The notes beneath the pieces are model-generated. The model searched no databases, was not told where the DNA came from, and was given only the letters and a program-made list of their open reading frames with translations. 64,000 nucleotides of DNA from Callorhinchus milii. Lineage: Eukaryota. This document shows, piece by piece, positions 12,400 to 26,205 of this stretch. Numbering within the stretch: position 1 is the first letter of the stretch; each line of letters opens with the position of its first letter. A program made the translations under genes and the position numbers. Where the stretch lies: contig NW_024704742.1 in NCBI RefSeq assembly GCF_018977255.1, positions 95,358,001 through 95,422,000 of the forward strand, in the 5' to 3' direction.

Positions 12400-13307
12400 T
12401 TTAGCAATGTGACTACATTTGCAGATGACACAAAGCTAAAGAAGGTGGTTGACTGTTAAGATAAACAAGATAGGCTACAGAAGGACTTGAACATACTTGG
12501 GAATTGGGCAGATTAATGAAATTCAATGCAGAGAAATGCAAAGTGCTTCGCATGAGGACAAAACATCCAGGAAGGGACAATTATTTAAATGGAAAGAAAA
12601 TAATCTGTATGGAAAATGAAAAGGACCTAGGTGTCTTGATTGACAATAAATTGAAGCTATCCCATCATTAGCAGTGAGTAAGGCAAACCAGATGCTGGGT
12701 TGTATTAAAAGGGCAATATTGAGCTGAAATAGTGGGGTAATCCTGCCACTTTTAAATCACTGGTGTGACTGCACTTGGAATACTGTGTGCAGTTCTGGTC
12801 ACTGCAATATAAAAAGGATATTGCAGCAATTGAGAGGATACAGAGGAGGGCAACCAAAATGATTGAGTGGATGGAGGGACTGGAATACAAGAAGTGATAG
12901 GTAAACTGGACGGACATGTTCCCACTGGAGAAGAGAAGGTTGAGGGGTGATATAATGATTGCAGTCTTTCGGATTCTGAAGCGACTAGATAATGTAGAAA
13001 ATGATAAGCTGTTTTATCTTGTACTGAACGGTAGAACCAATGGCCATGGCTTGCGATTGAAGACCAAATCTGACTACTTCAGTGAGCGAGGAGTAAACTT
13101 ATGGAACAGGCTCTCTAGGGAGACAGTGGAAGCAGAAAGTGTTGTTTGTTTCAAGAACAATTTAGATAGATTTCTGCTAGAAAATAATATCTCGGGATAC
13201 AGTATATAATTTGGGACATGACATGTCAAGCGCCTGCCAGGATTGTGGAAGGTGAACTAGATGGACCTTGGTCTTTCACCTAGCAAATTCTTATGTTCTT
13301 ATGTTCT
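12400..13307 (+). mobile_element. CR1 LINE, 5'-truncated, decayed
   Basis: [31 protein letters not shown]; tail ttcttatgttcttatgttct. Confidence 0.92.
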
Positions 13308-13915
13308 TTTAATCAACTAAGTACCATTGATTGAATAATTCAGAGAAACCTTTTAATGAACTCCTGTTAGGATTACACTACACCAACAGACGGTTGCTAC
13401 TGAGCTAGGGTGACTGACACTTAACTCTGATTAGTTACCAGTTTTTTGTATAATATCAGCAGGTAACTGTATCTCCTTCACCCTGGGGATCTGTTGGTAA
13501 TACAAGGATTTATAAATAGAATTATGACAATACTAGTATCCTGTGTAATACAGTCCTGTGACCATGAAAAGCTCAACAGAGGTCTAGTGACTACATCTAA
13601 AATTCTACGTAGGAAAACGGGAACAGGGGTGAGGTCATTCAACCTATTGAGCATGTTCTACTAGTGTATTAGATGTTGACAGATCTTTTAACACTAATGC
13701 CCTGTCCTTTCATCTCTGCACACCAAGTACCCATCTATTTCTCTTTTTAACAGCCTATTGATTCTTCCACTACAGATTTCTGGGACAGAGCATTCCACAT
13801 CTTCACAACCCCCTACCCCTGACCCAGAGGTGAGAGCTGGCACAGTGGCCAGATGTTGCTGCTGCTCCTCACATTCAGCAAGGATGCTGTTTGTTCAGAG
13901 CCTCTAGAAAACTGC

Positions 13916-14076
13916 GGGGGCAGTTTCTGCCTGGGTCTAGATTTACTCTAACTACATAACATTTTAGAGCATCCAACGTTTTAACAAATTGTTGGATTCA
14001 GGATTAACTTTGAAATTATTTTTCTGCAGCTCCAAAACATCACATGAATAAAGTAAATCTAGCGGAACATTCCCCC
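13916..14076. mobile_element. Hairpin/MITE-like element, copy 1 (decayed)
   Basis: cctgggtctagatttactc ... agtaaatctagc inverted ends shared with the 26206 and 32671 copies. Confidence 0.55.
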
Positions 14077-14101
14077 ATGAACGTAGGAACAGGCCATGTC
14101 T

Positions 14102-14205
14102 TAATAATACTTGCATTTAATATAATGCTTATCATGTAATTAAGATGTCTCAAAGCGCTTCACAGAATATACTATAAAGCGAATTGACCGTATATTTTGC
14201 GGGTG
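14102..14205 (-). mobile_element. SINE 3' tail fragment
   Basis: Reverse of tattctgtgaagcgctttgagacatc..aaatgcaagtattatt. Confidence 0.7.
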
Positions 14206-14939
14206 AACTTTAAATGGTGTATCTTACAATATTTTGGGGTCCATGTGTCTGTGCTTTTACTCTAGCAGAATGTTTCATAATCTGCCTTCGACTCAGATAT
14301 ATTTTAATCCGGTTGTGTCCTGATTGTCTGCGTACTGTACTTTACGAACTTTGTGTTACTTATTGTTTATAAACTGAAGGTCCTGGTTGTTCTCTTATGG
14401 ATAAATTTGCAGTGTCAAAAAATATTAATAATACATGCCTGTGTTTGTTATCTTGTTTTATTAATACACACATTTCATTTACGCTAAAACATGATTTTGT
14501 CTTGTTGTCACCTTCTGCTTTTGCCATCACTGTGTATAAACACTCATCGGAGCAGATATTTTGAATTGTATCATGGGGTGTCTTGGCACGAAAATGTTAC
14601 TACAGTATTTAACACTGATGGCATTAATGGTGCACAGTCACCATCAGAGAGTCCTCTAAGTGCTTATATCCCAACACTCCAATTCTCTTTAATATCACTT
14701 ATAAAATGGAGGTCCTCTGATGCTCTTTTATGTCTAGTGCCAAAAATACACACTTGTGTTTGTTGTCCTGTTCCTGTAATACACAGTTTCACTACAATAT
14801 ATTTTTTCTTGTTGCTATTTTCTGCTTCTGCCACCAGTGTGTAACAAATTCTTCCCCTTCTAAATGTAGCCCAGCCCAGAATCAAACCTTTTATCTTCAC
14901 CTTTTGAATTTAAACAAAAACTTTCCAGAGGAATATGTA

Positions 14940-15050
14940 TTAATAATAATCCTTGCATTTGATATAGCAACTTAAAACATTGTTGTGATGTCTCAAAGCG
15001 CTTCACAGAATATATTGTAAAGTGGATTCAGTGTGTGTTTTGTGGGCGAA
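14940..15050 (-). mobile_element. SINE 3' tail fragment
   Basis: taataataatccttgcatttgatatagc..tctcaaagcgcttcacagaatata. Confidence 0.75.
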
Positions 15051-15777
15051 AAAATTAAAATAAGGGACACAACTCTTTTGTGAACAGATGTAGCACCCAG
15101 AACACATAATAAAATCTGGATATACTGTACCGTGCTGAAAGCTGTAATATCGTGTTGACCTTTAATTGTGTAGAAAATTATTTTAGTCAAGAAGGAGCTG
15201 CCTGTTGTAATGGTATTCACCTATGAAATGAAGTAATCGGCGTTGAGCTGATTTGAGACATCTTCACTTTTAAACCTCTTTGCTCTTGAGCTCAGGCAAC
15301 ACAGTTCTCTTTCACGGTAATTGTGAAGCGGCCCGCATTCAGCCATGGCTTAGCAGATGGTTGATTTACGAACATCCTGTATTACATTTTGCATCAAAAG
15401 GACAGACCTAAACCTTGCTTGAGAAATGAATTGAATGAGTATTGTCGCGGCTGTAATTTTATTAAGAGAATAGGCGCAAATAAATTGACACTCCTCCTAG
15501 GTGAGGGGAGGTAAGTGGGGTCCCCTTGGAGCTGACCTGACTGCAAGATGCTATGCTCGGCAATAGAATATCAGAAACTAGTCAATCTATGTGGTGGTCT
15601 CAGTAGTCTAGCTCCTAAGCCAGGCGGGTCTGCAGTATCCAAAACAGTGCTGATGACAGATCAGCCATCAGCAAGATTTGGAGTGACAGATCAGTCTTTA
15701 TCAATGGAAGCAAGGATTCTTCCCAATTGGCTCCTATTAATCCTGCAAACCAAAGCCCTAGCAAATAAAATTTTGGT

Positions 15778-16250
15778 TTGCAGAGGAGGAGGCCAACCAA
15801 AATGATTGAGGGGACTAGACTGTGAGGAGTGATTAGATCAACTGGGAATGTTCACGCTCGAGAAGAGAAGGTTGGGAGGCGATATGATTACGATCTTTTA
15901 AGATTAAGAAGGGAATAGATAATGTAGACCATGATACACTGTTTTATCTTGTACTGAGCAGTAGAACCAGAGGACACGGCCTGCAATTGAAGGGGAGTAA
16001 ATTCAGTACAAATCTGCGAAAACATTATTTCAGTGAGTAAGTGGTAAATATATGGAACAGGCTCCCTAGGGAGATGGTGGAAGTAGAAAGTGTTGATTCT
16101 TTCAAGAACAAATTAGGTAGATTTTTGTTATGAAATAATATCTCGGGATACAATATATAGGTTGGGACACGACATGTGTATATGACTGCCAGAATGCAGG
16201 AAGGCGAACTGGATGCATCTTGGTTTTCTTTCGCCTAGCAAATTCTTATA
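15778..16250 (+). mobile_element. CR1 LINE 3' fragment, same subfamily as 12400-13307
   Basis: cagaggag..caaccaaaatgattgag, ctcgagaagagaaggttg, tail ttcgcctagcaaattcttat. Confidence 0.9.
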
Positions 16251-16890
16251 TAGGCTAATCTTAGCTGGACAAGCAGTGGGAAGACCTAAGTGACAAGCTA
16301 TGTGGTTTTAGCTAGTTAAACTCCAGCAGTGCCCCAATGCACACTCTGGGGTACCAAACCTTGGCTATTGCCAACCAGTGCTTAATACTCTCCAGAATTA
16401 AGTAAGAAGGATGTGTCCCCTGGGAGAGAGTGCACACTGCATACCAGACACAGGAAAATTTCCATCTGAAAGTGGCTTAAATATGTGGAACTCATCAGTC
16501 TGGTTTGGATACTCTTAAGCATGGTGATGGGTTTCCACATGTGTTACGACAAATGTCTGCAAGGTTAAAGTTGTTGAAAAAATAATTCAAGTTCAGTTAC
16601 AAAGAAATTATCCAAATACATGAATGGAAAGGTAATGCATCTAATTTTGTTTCAAGTAATGAAACCCGAATTACTTGTATTGTTAACCAACATACCTTTT
16701 CAGTATAGTAGACACTTCTTCATTTTCACAAGAGCAAAATGAGCAAAATCTCTAGAAAAGCTTCATTTCTGTTTACACTTTTATGCAAATGTATACATAC
16801 AATTCTTTAAATGTAACTTTTGGAGAGAAGTTAAGTAAATAAGTCTTCTTGGTCGAATTATGAAAATTACGGCTGTTCCTACATATTAAT

Positions 16891-17110
16891 ACAATAATAA
16901 TCCTTGCATTTGACATAGGGCCTTTCATGTTAGGAGGATGTCTCAAAGTGCTTCACAAGATTTACTATAAATTGTAGTGACTGTGTATTTTGTAGACAAA
17001 TGCAGCTTACACTTTGCACACAGCAGTGTACTGCAAACAGGCATGAAGTGAATGACCATATTTTTCTGGGGATTGTTGGCCAGGAGTAACCCCCTCCTTT
17101 TCTCAAATAG
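16891..17110 (-). mobile_element. Older DeuSINE-like SINE, 3' half
   Basis: Tail plus ctggggattgttggccagga segment shared with the relics at 33880 and 48913. Confidence 0.6.
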
Positions 17111-17234
17111 TGTGAATTGACCTTATTGCCCTATTGTAATCTTAATTAAATCAGCATCTGGACTCGTTTGCCTATGTCCTACATTTCCCTTTGTAGGACA
17201 AAGAGAATTCTCATTGGAATGATATATTGTACTT

Positions 17235-17305
17235 CAGCGCCTTGGGACGTCCTCCCGACATGAAAGGCGCTCTATAAATGGAATCTTGTTGTTGTAGTTG
17301 TTGTT
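17235..17305 (+). mobile_element. Tail-only insertion of the young L2 family
   Basis: cagcgccttgggacgtcctcccgacatgaaaggcgctctataaatggaatcttgttgttg, nearly identical to 6968-7037. Confidence 0.85.
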
Positions 17306-17460
17306 CACAAATTGAAATGCTTATGACTACAACTGTTTAATAGGATCAAGTTGTACTATTTTTAAAAAATCTACTACAAAAACTACAATGGATGAAATTG
17401 ACATTAAATTAAAATAATTTCACAAGTTATATGTTTAAAACTTCTTCATCCTTCCTTGTG

Positions 17461-17700
17461 TTAACCAAGGTCCCATCTGCCTGTTTAGGTTGATGTTAAA
17501 GATTCCATGGCACAATTCGAAAAGGGAAGCCAGTTTCTCCCAGTGTCCTGGCTAAACAGTCCTCAAATAAAATTGATGATTCACTTCATGGTTGTATGTA
17601 AGATATTGGTGTGCGCTTCATAGTAAATCCTATGAAGCATTTTGTGATGTCTTCCTGTTGTGTAAGGTGCTGTACCAAATGCAAGGATTATTATTATTAT
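17461..17700 (+). mobile_element. DeuSINE-like relic
   Basis: ttaaccaaggtcccatctgcctgtttagg..ttaaagattccatggcac..cccagtgtcctggc, then SINE tail. Confidence 0.65.
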
Positions 17701-18166
17701 ATTTATATGACTCAATGATGTGAGAATTGTAAAGAATTTAAATGGATATATACTTGCATTGTTCCGAGTAGGGTGCAAGGCAATAGAGGGTAGGTTACAT
17801 AACTGGCTTAACAGAAATGTCTGGAATCTTAGTGGGTCCATAAAACCGCAGAGCTGGGAACTGTCCTTTCTAAGCAATTTATGGAACTATAAAAAAGGAA
17901 GCAGAAATGCTAAATTTGACATTCTATCGTATAATCATTCTAATTTCATAAAAAAAGAAGGAAAGAAGTGGCTGATAAACTGTCCTTCCACATTGGCTTC
18001 TGAGTTTCGAGCCAGCCCAGATGGATGTAATGCAAATTTGTTCTTTGACATCTGCTAACTGACTAACTGATTGAGTTTAATAGTGAATCTGAGACAACAA
18101 TTCCCATAATTGTGCACTAATTGAGCACTTACGCAGAGGTTATAAGAATTGGCTGATATGTGTGAA

Positions 18167-18473
18167 GTAGTCTGTAGCTCAGTGGTTAGAGCACTCGCCT
18201 TGCAAGTGAGACACCTGGGTTCAATTCCAGGCAGGGCGAAACCTTGGGCAACTATCCTTACTCCACACGTCTAATAATAATCCCTCCAAAACAATAATAA
18301 ATTGGTTATTTTCAATCCATGACTGTTTGTGGAACACTGCTGTGTGCGATTGGCTGCTGCATTTTGCCCACAAATATACAGTCAATTCACTTAACAGTCT
18401 ATTCTGTGAAGTGCTTTGAAACGTAGAGAAGACGTGTAAAGCGCTATATCAAATGCAAGGATTATTATTATTA
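18167..18473 (+). mobile_element. tRNA-Ala-headed SINE, short form
   Basis: Same head, body and tail as 9353. Confidence 0.92.
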
Positions 18474-19346
18474 ATTGGAAATGTTAACATTGGTGCTGCC
18501 ATCAAGGTGGGTATAAGGCACATTCGGCCTTGTTTCCTTGCACCTCAACATCTGATGTGACAAATCTGATTTTAGGATTCTTTCCTTCCCCTTCCCCCCT
18601 CAGCATCGTGCTCTGCCACTCTGGGACCTACCCTGTGTGAGGGGCGCTAAATTGTTGTTTTTGTCGTTGTTTCTTTCTCTGCAAAATTCCATTATTTTCA
18701 GATGAAAGAATCATAGCTGCCTGTGAGTTGGAAACCATTTATGAAGTGGCATGACTCAGAGGCTAACACCAACTGGATCCAGCTTGCATTGTTTCTATGA
18801 ACTTCCCATTGAACTACAGTAGAGCTAGCAGTGAATGAAACCTGTTATCTAATAGTGGGTTCAGTCTCAACAGAATCATGTATTAATTCAGATTGAACCA
18901 GAAGAAATCCTTCAATACCACTGAAAACGTATCTACTGCTAACAACCACAACGCATACACCTCCTTCCTTCATCATCAACATTATAAACCCCAGTGATGT
19001 GCAGCCCCAAATAAAATGGTGTAAGATTGTTTTAAGAAACATTGCCAAAAACACAAAGTAGAAATAGAATGGTTTTACCCATGAGCAGGGAAGTGAGATA
19101 AGGGAGATTATCCTCTTCAGCTTGTAGCTTGCACTTTGAGAAGATGGAGAAGGATTGTTTCTGTGGATGTCTGCCAAAAATGCTGCTATGTAAACAAAGC
19201 TTCCTCTTTGCTATCCTGGCCCTTCCTCTACTTGCATCCTGTTCATCCCCATCATTTTCGGAGGAAAGTTGTCCATTTAGAATGCCATGGTTGAAGGTGC
19301 AGTCAGCCCCTGATTATGGGGGAAGTGACCTTGTGTTGGAGGATTT

Positions 19347-19674
19347 GTGGAGTCCTGTAGCTCAGTGGTTAGAGCACTCGCTTTGCAAGCGAGAGACCTG
19401 AGTTCAATTCCAGGCAGAGGGCGAAACCTTGGGCAAGTTTCCTTACTCCACACGCCTAATAATAATCCCTCCAAAAACCAAAAACAATAATAAATTGGTC
19501 ATTTTCAATCTACGACTGTTTGTGGGACATTGCTGTGCGCAATTGGCTGCCGCGTTCGCCCACAAATATACAGTGAATTCACTTTACAGTGTGTTCTGTG
19601 AAGCGCTTTGGGATGTCCTCCCGACGTGAAAAGCGCTATATCAAATGCAAGGATTATTATTATTATTATTATTA
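19347..19674 (+). mobile_element. tRNA-Ala-headed SINE, youngest subfamily
   Basis: Near-identical to the 35752 and 61991 copies; long pure (TTA)n tail. Confidence 0.95.
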
Positions 19675-22600
19675 CTACGTGATATCACAAATGGAAGAAT
19701 ATTTAATTTAAACTAGCAGGTTCCCAATCGTGTTTGCTGCTCAATCTGCCACGGTGGTTCCTTGAACAGTAGCCTGTAGTTTGTTAATGACAAGATTGAT
19801 TAGTTGTATATTAGCCTTGGTGTGAAAAGTCTCAGGGAAGTCAGAAATTAAATAGGAAAAGAAAGCCGATCTGAAACCTACCCATTAATAAGGACCAATT
19901 AAGGATTTTACTCCAATGACATAGAAATGTCCCGCTGTCTTTCCCTCTCATACTGTTGTGTGACCTCTTTCTCCCATTCTGTCTCTGTCTCTTTGCTACA
20001 CTTTAACACTTATTGCACTAGCTCAATAAAGCTTTCCCATCTTCTCTCCCCTCCTTCCGCCCCCCCTCACCCCCGCCCACACACATACTCACTCACTCAT
20101 GTCCCTTTCTCTATATCTCTGGGGTGATGTTTGTCTGTCATATCTGTGAACTTTGAGACATTATCTGGAGTGAAGTTATTGTTTGTTGTTGTTTAACTCT
20201 ATTTGTCCATTGTTTGTTTCTTCTACAAAGGCAAGTATTTATTGTACAATAAGTACTTATTGTACAAGTATATATGTACAATAAGTTATATAGCGCTCTT
20301 CATGGAAAATAATGTCTCTGAGCATGTACATATGTATGAGAAAGATATAATGCTTTCATTTAATTCAAATTATGTTTCTACCTAATAAACTGAAATGTCT
20401 TTGTTATTTTACTCCGAATGGCCATACAGTGAAGTATTAATGTAATATGTTCCATTCAGCTGAAAAATCTTTTAGCCTTTCTTAACACATTTCATAATCA
20501 TAGGTTCTTCTGAGCTAAGCATTTTCTCAGTTAGTTCATTGTGTTATATTTCATCTGTATTTCAAAACCGGAGTCAGAATTTTTAACTCACAGTCACTTG
20601 TTCATTGCCCCGCGATTAAAACACTATTCCCTTAAAACATAGTGTTCTGCATAATATGAACGAATCGATTTACAGATAACGTTGCTGTTAGCAAAATAAA
20701 AAAAAGCAGTGAAATTATATTTTATTCCTTTTCAATAGTGAATGTACCGAATTACATTTACCAACCCGTCTATTTATTCCATCTCATCAGGAATGGATCA
20801 TCGAATATATTAGTTAGTGAAAAACCAATATCATTGTTTTATACCCCCAGGAAATGATGAAGGCAATTTTATGAGTTTGGAGTGGGAAGAAAGGAAATTA
20901 AATTATTTATTTCCTGAATTAAATACGAACTGTGATGGTGCCCTAGAGTGAGTGTGAAGATGTTGTGGAAGTGAATATGAACAACATCAACATGCATTTA
21001 TATAGCGACCTTCATGGTGTAGCGTCTTGGAGCACTTAAAGGTGCCCGAGAAGGAGGGAGAGCAGTCCCTGAGAGCTCATCTGATATGTTTCTTTAACTA
21101 AGAATGATGTGTATTCTAGAAGCATTAACGTCTATAATTGAGAAGTAGGAAATGCCTTGTATTTAAGTGTTAAATGAGATGGAACTTTAAAGTAGTTTTT
21201 AATGCAATTTTAACAGCTGGAGATAAAAAGGTTGCTTAGCATCCGAGAGCACAGTAACCTCCTAAATGTTGCCATTACAAAGTGTCTGTAGTCAGCCAAT
21301 GTGGAGGGCTTGGTGACTGGAGACTGAGTTCTGCGATTGGGTTGATAAATTCTCACAGAAATATGAAGTATTTTCTTTCTATTTCTATTCACTGTATTCC
21401 AGGATCAAATATATTCTTAACAAATATTATTTTACTGTGATTTTCCATGTTTCATTTAGCTGAAGTACAGTGTGAACTAGTGACGAATAATGCTTTGTAC
21501 CTAATAAAGTGAACATGAAGGATGTAATCTTTCGGTTTTATTCAGAAGAACCAGCAATGAGAAGCAGTAGTGTGATTGCGCATAATTGAATATCCCAATT
21601 TAATTGCAAATCACAGTACAATAAAAGGCCAGACCGCAGGTCTTAAACCTGGCAATGTTCTCATTCTTTATGGATCTGTACCATAATCCACAGAAATCTA
21701 ATTTTACTGTTTAATACACAATAAAACAGGATTGAAATTACTGTCTTCTCGAGGGGAGATGGGGAAAAATTGCCAAAAAGAATATTTTTGTATGTTTGTG
21801 CTGGGTGACCAGCAGTACTTCACTTATAATTTCCCCCACAAAATATACAGTCAATTGACATTACCGTATATTTCGTGAAGCGCTTTGAGACATCTCGAAG
21901 ACGTGATGAAGTGATCTATCAAATCCAAGGATTATTGTTTTAATATATAATGGCTATCTGACATCCTGAGACTAGTTAAGTTAAGTAATAGTTAAGCCAA
22001 GTCAGGCAAAGTCATTATTCTCAAAATCAAAGTTATCAAAGTCACCCCAACCTTCAATTACTGCCTTATATCTTGATTTATTTATAACATGTATAAAGCT
22101 AATTTAACATGTTCTTAATGCTATTACTGGGCTTTGGGTGTTGATGACTAGGAATTAAATAAGTCATAGGGTAATATAGTTAAGTGCCCCATTGGAGTTG
22201 AAGGTTCGTGGCATGATGATAGCACAGCCAGGCTGTTTCATTGTCTGGGCTTGATCTTAAGCCTAAGAACATGAAGGGCTTGGGTCCTCAAGTGCCAGTT
22301 TGTGTAAGTTTTATAACAAAATAATCCCTGCATTTGATGTAGCGCTTTTCACTTCAGGAAGAGGTCTCAAAGCGCTGCACGTGATTTACTGTAAAGTGTA
22401 GTGACTGTGTATTTTGTATCTTGTAAGTGGGCACCTTTTAATTTGCAATTCAATACTCTGCCAGCTTTAGCAGCTGAGCTGTCATTACTATTTAGAGAGT
22501 AGGTGGCAAAAGCTTCTGAAATTGAGTAAGATATTTACAGAAACGCCTCCCTACCATATGATGTAGCACATTTAACTTATTCCACTTTTTGCTGCTGTCT

Positions 22601-23772
22601 CAGCTTGGAGTACATAGAATTCAATCATACCGTAAATATTTGTCAGTGATTGTTCATTTGCTAACATAGTAACTCTGCAAAACACAGGATGCTGTGATTA
22701 CTGCTGAGTGTCTCAATATATTATCATGTGGCAGCGAAATGATGTGGCCTGGAATTAATGAGGGCATTTGAATAAATTCTGGATTATAGCCAAAGGGAGG
22801 GAGGTTAATTGCTGTGCATCACAAATTGAGTTTCAAGCTTTGCCTCACCTTGAAACCCTCCACAGAAAAAGCTGACTTTCTATGGAAAACAATATTAATC
22901 GTTATATTTGGTATACTGCCTTTCACATTGGGAGGGTGTTTCATACCATTTAAACTCAAAATATTGCCACATCACAGTCTTAAAGGTGTCTTATCAACAG
23001 AAGTGAAGTGTATCGCTAATGTTGCCATATTCGGGAACAATTTTTACGGTAAATGCTTCTTTCTTCACAAGATGCATAGGTAATTAACAAGATTATATTT
23101 GATAAGGAAGGCTCTTTGGTCCATGCAATCTCAACCCTCCAGAATACTCATCCTACCATCCCCACAGCACAGCATCAAGCTGCTTTTTGAATGAGTGTGG
23201 CAAATGGCCTCACTCATCTTTCATGGCAACCTGTCATTCTTAAGAAGATATTGAACTTTATGGAAATTATAATAATGAATAATTATCCCTAAATGTGATA
23301 TGGAGCCTTATCACATTGTCGTGAAGCAAAAAAATGGTAGCAGAGACTGAAAATGTTCCTGAATATCAAAATGACTTTGCTTCTGGCCCTTTATATGGGT
23401 TCAATACTGGTTTTACTGGTTATTGGCTCAGCAAAGATCATGAAAATTAATTTCTGACTTTTTCACACACACAAAGGCCCTGTGTCATTTTAACACTTAT
23501 GTGATGACAACGGACATTTGCACAAGAGTGTGCTGTCAGCGGCTCCAGTCTCTCTGGTATTAACCGTTTTTAATAAGGAGCCGGGTCTCCTGTGTGCAGA
23601 GACAATGGAGATCTGACTTTGATTAGGGTTATTCTAGATGCACTGCACCCTTCTTTCATTACAAGTTATCTCCAGCGATGGGCTTGCCTCGGGAGGTAAA
23701 CACAAAATGTAAAAGTGCATTAATGTTAAAAATGGTCTTTTTGTTTTATTTTTCTCTTATTTGTGGCTTTCA

Positions 23773-24093
23773 GTGGAGTCCTGTAGCTCAGTGGTTAGAG
23801 CACTTGCCTTGCAAACAAGAAACCTAGGTTTGATACCCGGCAGGGTGAAACCTTGGACAAGTTTCCTTACTCCACACGCATGATAACAACCCCACAAGAA
23901 AAAAACCAATAATAATTTGGACACTCAATCCATGACTGTTTGTGGGACACTGCTATGTGCAATTGGCTGCTGCGTTTCACCCACAAATATACGGTCAATT
24001 CACTTTACAGTATATTCTGTGAAGCGCTTTGAGATGTCTCGAAGCCGTGAAAAGCCCTATATCAAATGCAAGGATTATTATTATTTTATTATT
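23773..24093 (+). mobile_element. tRNA-Ala-headed SINE, short form, intermediate age
   Basis: gtggagtcctgtagctcagtggttagagc head; same body and tail. Confidence 0.92.
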
Positions 24094-26205
24094 GTTATTT
24101 CTGCCTGTGTTTATCCCTCAGCTATATCTTTGTGATCTAATGTAACAGTTTTGTCACTTTTTGGTGTTCTGATACTTTCAAGATATATCGGCCTTGGGGT
24201 AGTTCACAGACACAGTCCGTTAGGTGTTGCCACTGCAACAGCCGCTGCTGTTGTTCCCACTATCAGACTCTAAGAGCTAAAGCTTTAATCTGTGCAGTAA
24301 GAATGGCAGAGAACAACCAACATCATCATGTACACTGACATATGGCTTCAACCCAATAGTATCCTGATGATGCAAGGGAATACTTGAGGAAAAGTAATAT
24401 TGAAAAGTACGGAGAAAGAGCAAGGGAATGGGATTAAAGCAGATAGGTGCAGTGTGCCGGACCTGAAACCAGAACAGACACTATAGATTGAATGTCTCCA
24501 TCTGTGGTGAATGATATCTATGACTTAAGTTATTTGTAGTTATTACTGACAGATGGACAAGGTAGCTAAGTTCTGCGAGTCCTCTCTCCTCAAGAGGTTG
24601 AAAGTCAGAGAGAAGAATTACAAACAAACTATTTTTCATCTCTTGGCTCTATGTCTGATCTAACTCGTTTCCGTGCCTTTAAGTCTTAGTTAGATTTTCC
24701 TCTATCCTTCAGCGAGACAGTGCATATCAGGAGCAGGAGACATTTCATTGTTTACATATTTACCATCTCCTAGCCTAATCCAATGTTATTAATCCAAATC
24801 ACAGTATAAATATCCAGAGGCAGGGTTAGTGGAATCCAAACCTGATTTGGAACCCAGAATCTACTGAGTTTATGTAATTAGAGGTCAGATTTGGGTTCGG
24901 ATGTTGGATCCAGTTTCCCATATAAATAGCTGTGGTATAGAAATTACAGGAAAAAAACATTCAGGATATTGACCTGTGCAATTTTTATTTTTTGCAAAAT
25001 ATATTTTTGGTTGGGTTTCCTGTCTTACTCTGCAGTGAAGTCAGACTTGAGCAGTGTAGCTATTCTTTTATTAAAAAGATTATCATTGATTGTGTTTTGC
25101 AAATGCTCCATCATAATGTCTCGAATGAATGGATTCAAGTTACACTTTTTGCTAGAGCTATTTTTTGGAGCAGTCTTATTGATTCAACCAAAGACAGTAT
25201 GTATTGGGCAAGAAACATAAAGCATTTATTTGCTTCTTAGAAAAAAGCTGCATTTTCTGGTAAGAAGGTTTTGAATAGCAATCAAGAGGAGCACTCTCCA
25301 TGTAACTCAGGTCGATGACTGAGGCTAAATTTAATTCCAACTGAGATCCATTTACATCACAAGTTTTTCTCCATCTGCAACCCTGCCTTAGTGGGATAAT
25401 GCAAAATAGTCAGTTTTCCTGGGGTGAAATATCATGTTATCTCTGCCTCCAGTAGGTCTGACTCCATTGTGAAAAATCATAGAGTCACAGTGAGTGTACC
25501 TGGAAACGTTCTTCATTTACTCAGACCCCTCTAGACTACTGTATGAGCATCAGGACATTTACACAAGTGCAAAGCACCACTGGATTTGTTTTTGCTTATC
25601 TTCGCTCCTCAAGTAACAATAGCAGAATTGTACAAAAGAACCAGGAGCCAAATCACTTGGTTTGCAGGAGCACCTCCCAGTCATTAATTTGGATAGTGGA
25701 AATCACAAACAAAATACTTAGCCACTTAGAATTTCAGAGTCTGGGAAAAAGTGCTGGAGGCTCTGCATTTTGAGTCTCCAGAGCTGCAATGTAAAAACAG
25801 CATCAATCACAGTCTGAGGATTGATCGAGCCTGGGACTTTCCTCTATCTGTGTGTCTTATTTTTACATTGGGGGATGAATGCAAGGTGCAGGTTTAAATG
25901 CACCAAATAAAAATGATGCCTGAATTGTCAAGAACATACCTGACAGTTACTGTTTGTGTCGTCCAGTACGACTTCACTGAAACTGACAAGGGTTTAATTG
26001 CCATTACATACAATGAGGTTTAAAGTGTTATAAATGTACCAGCTATTACCATGTAATATACATTAAAGTTTAAAATAACAATGAGCTTCAATTAGCAAAA
26101 TTTTGAATCAAATTTTACAGTGTAGCATGTTACAAAGTATAAAACAATCCCACATGTATGTTCATTTCAATGATTTTTGTTCACACAGGTATAAATTCTA
26201 ATCAT

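Noticed and set aside
19347..19425. tRNA-Ala(TGC) gene (A/B boxes, anticodon arm ctcgc-tttgcaa-gcgag)
   Set aside because: It is the head of a dispersed SINE, always followed by the same body and tail; the T arm is imperfect. The same applies to all copies
24828..24920. Imperfect hairpin (tggaatccaa..gaacccagaatct / agatttgggttc..ttggatcca)
   Set aside because: Single copy in the window and too degenerate to call a miRNA or MITE
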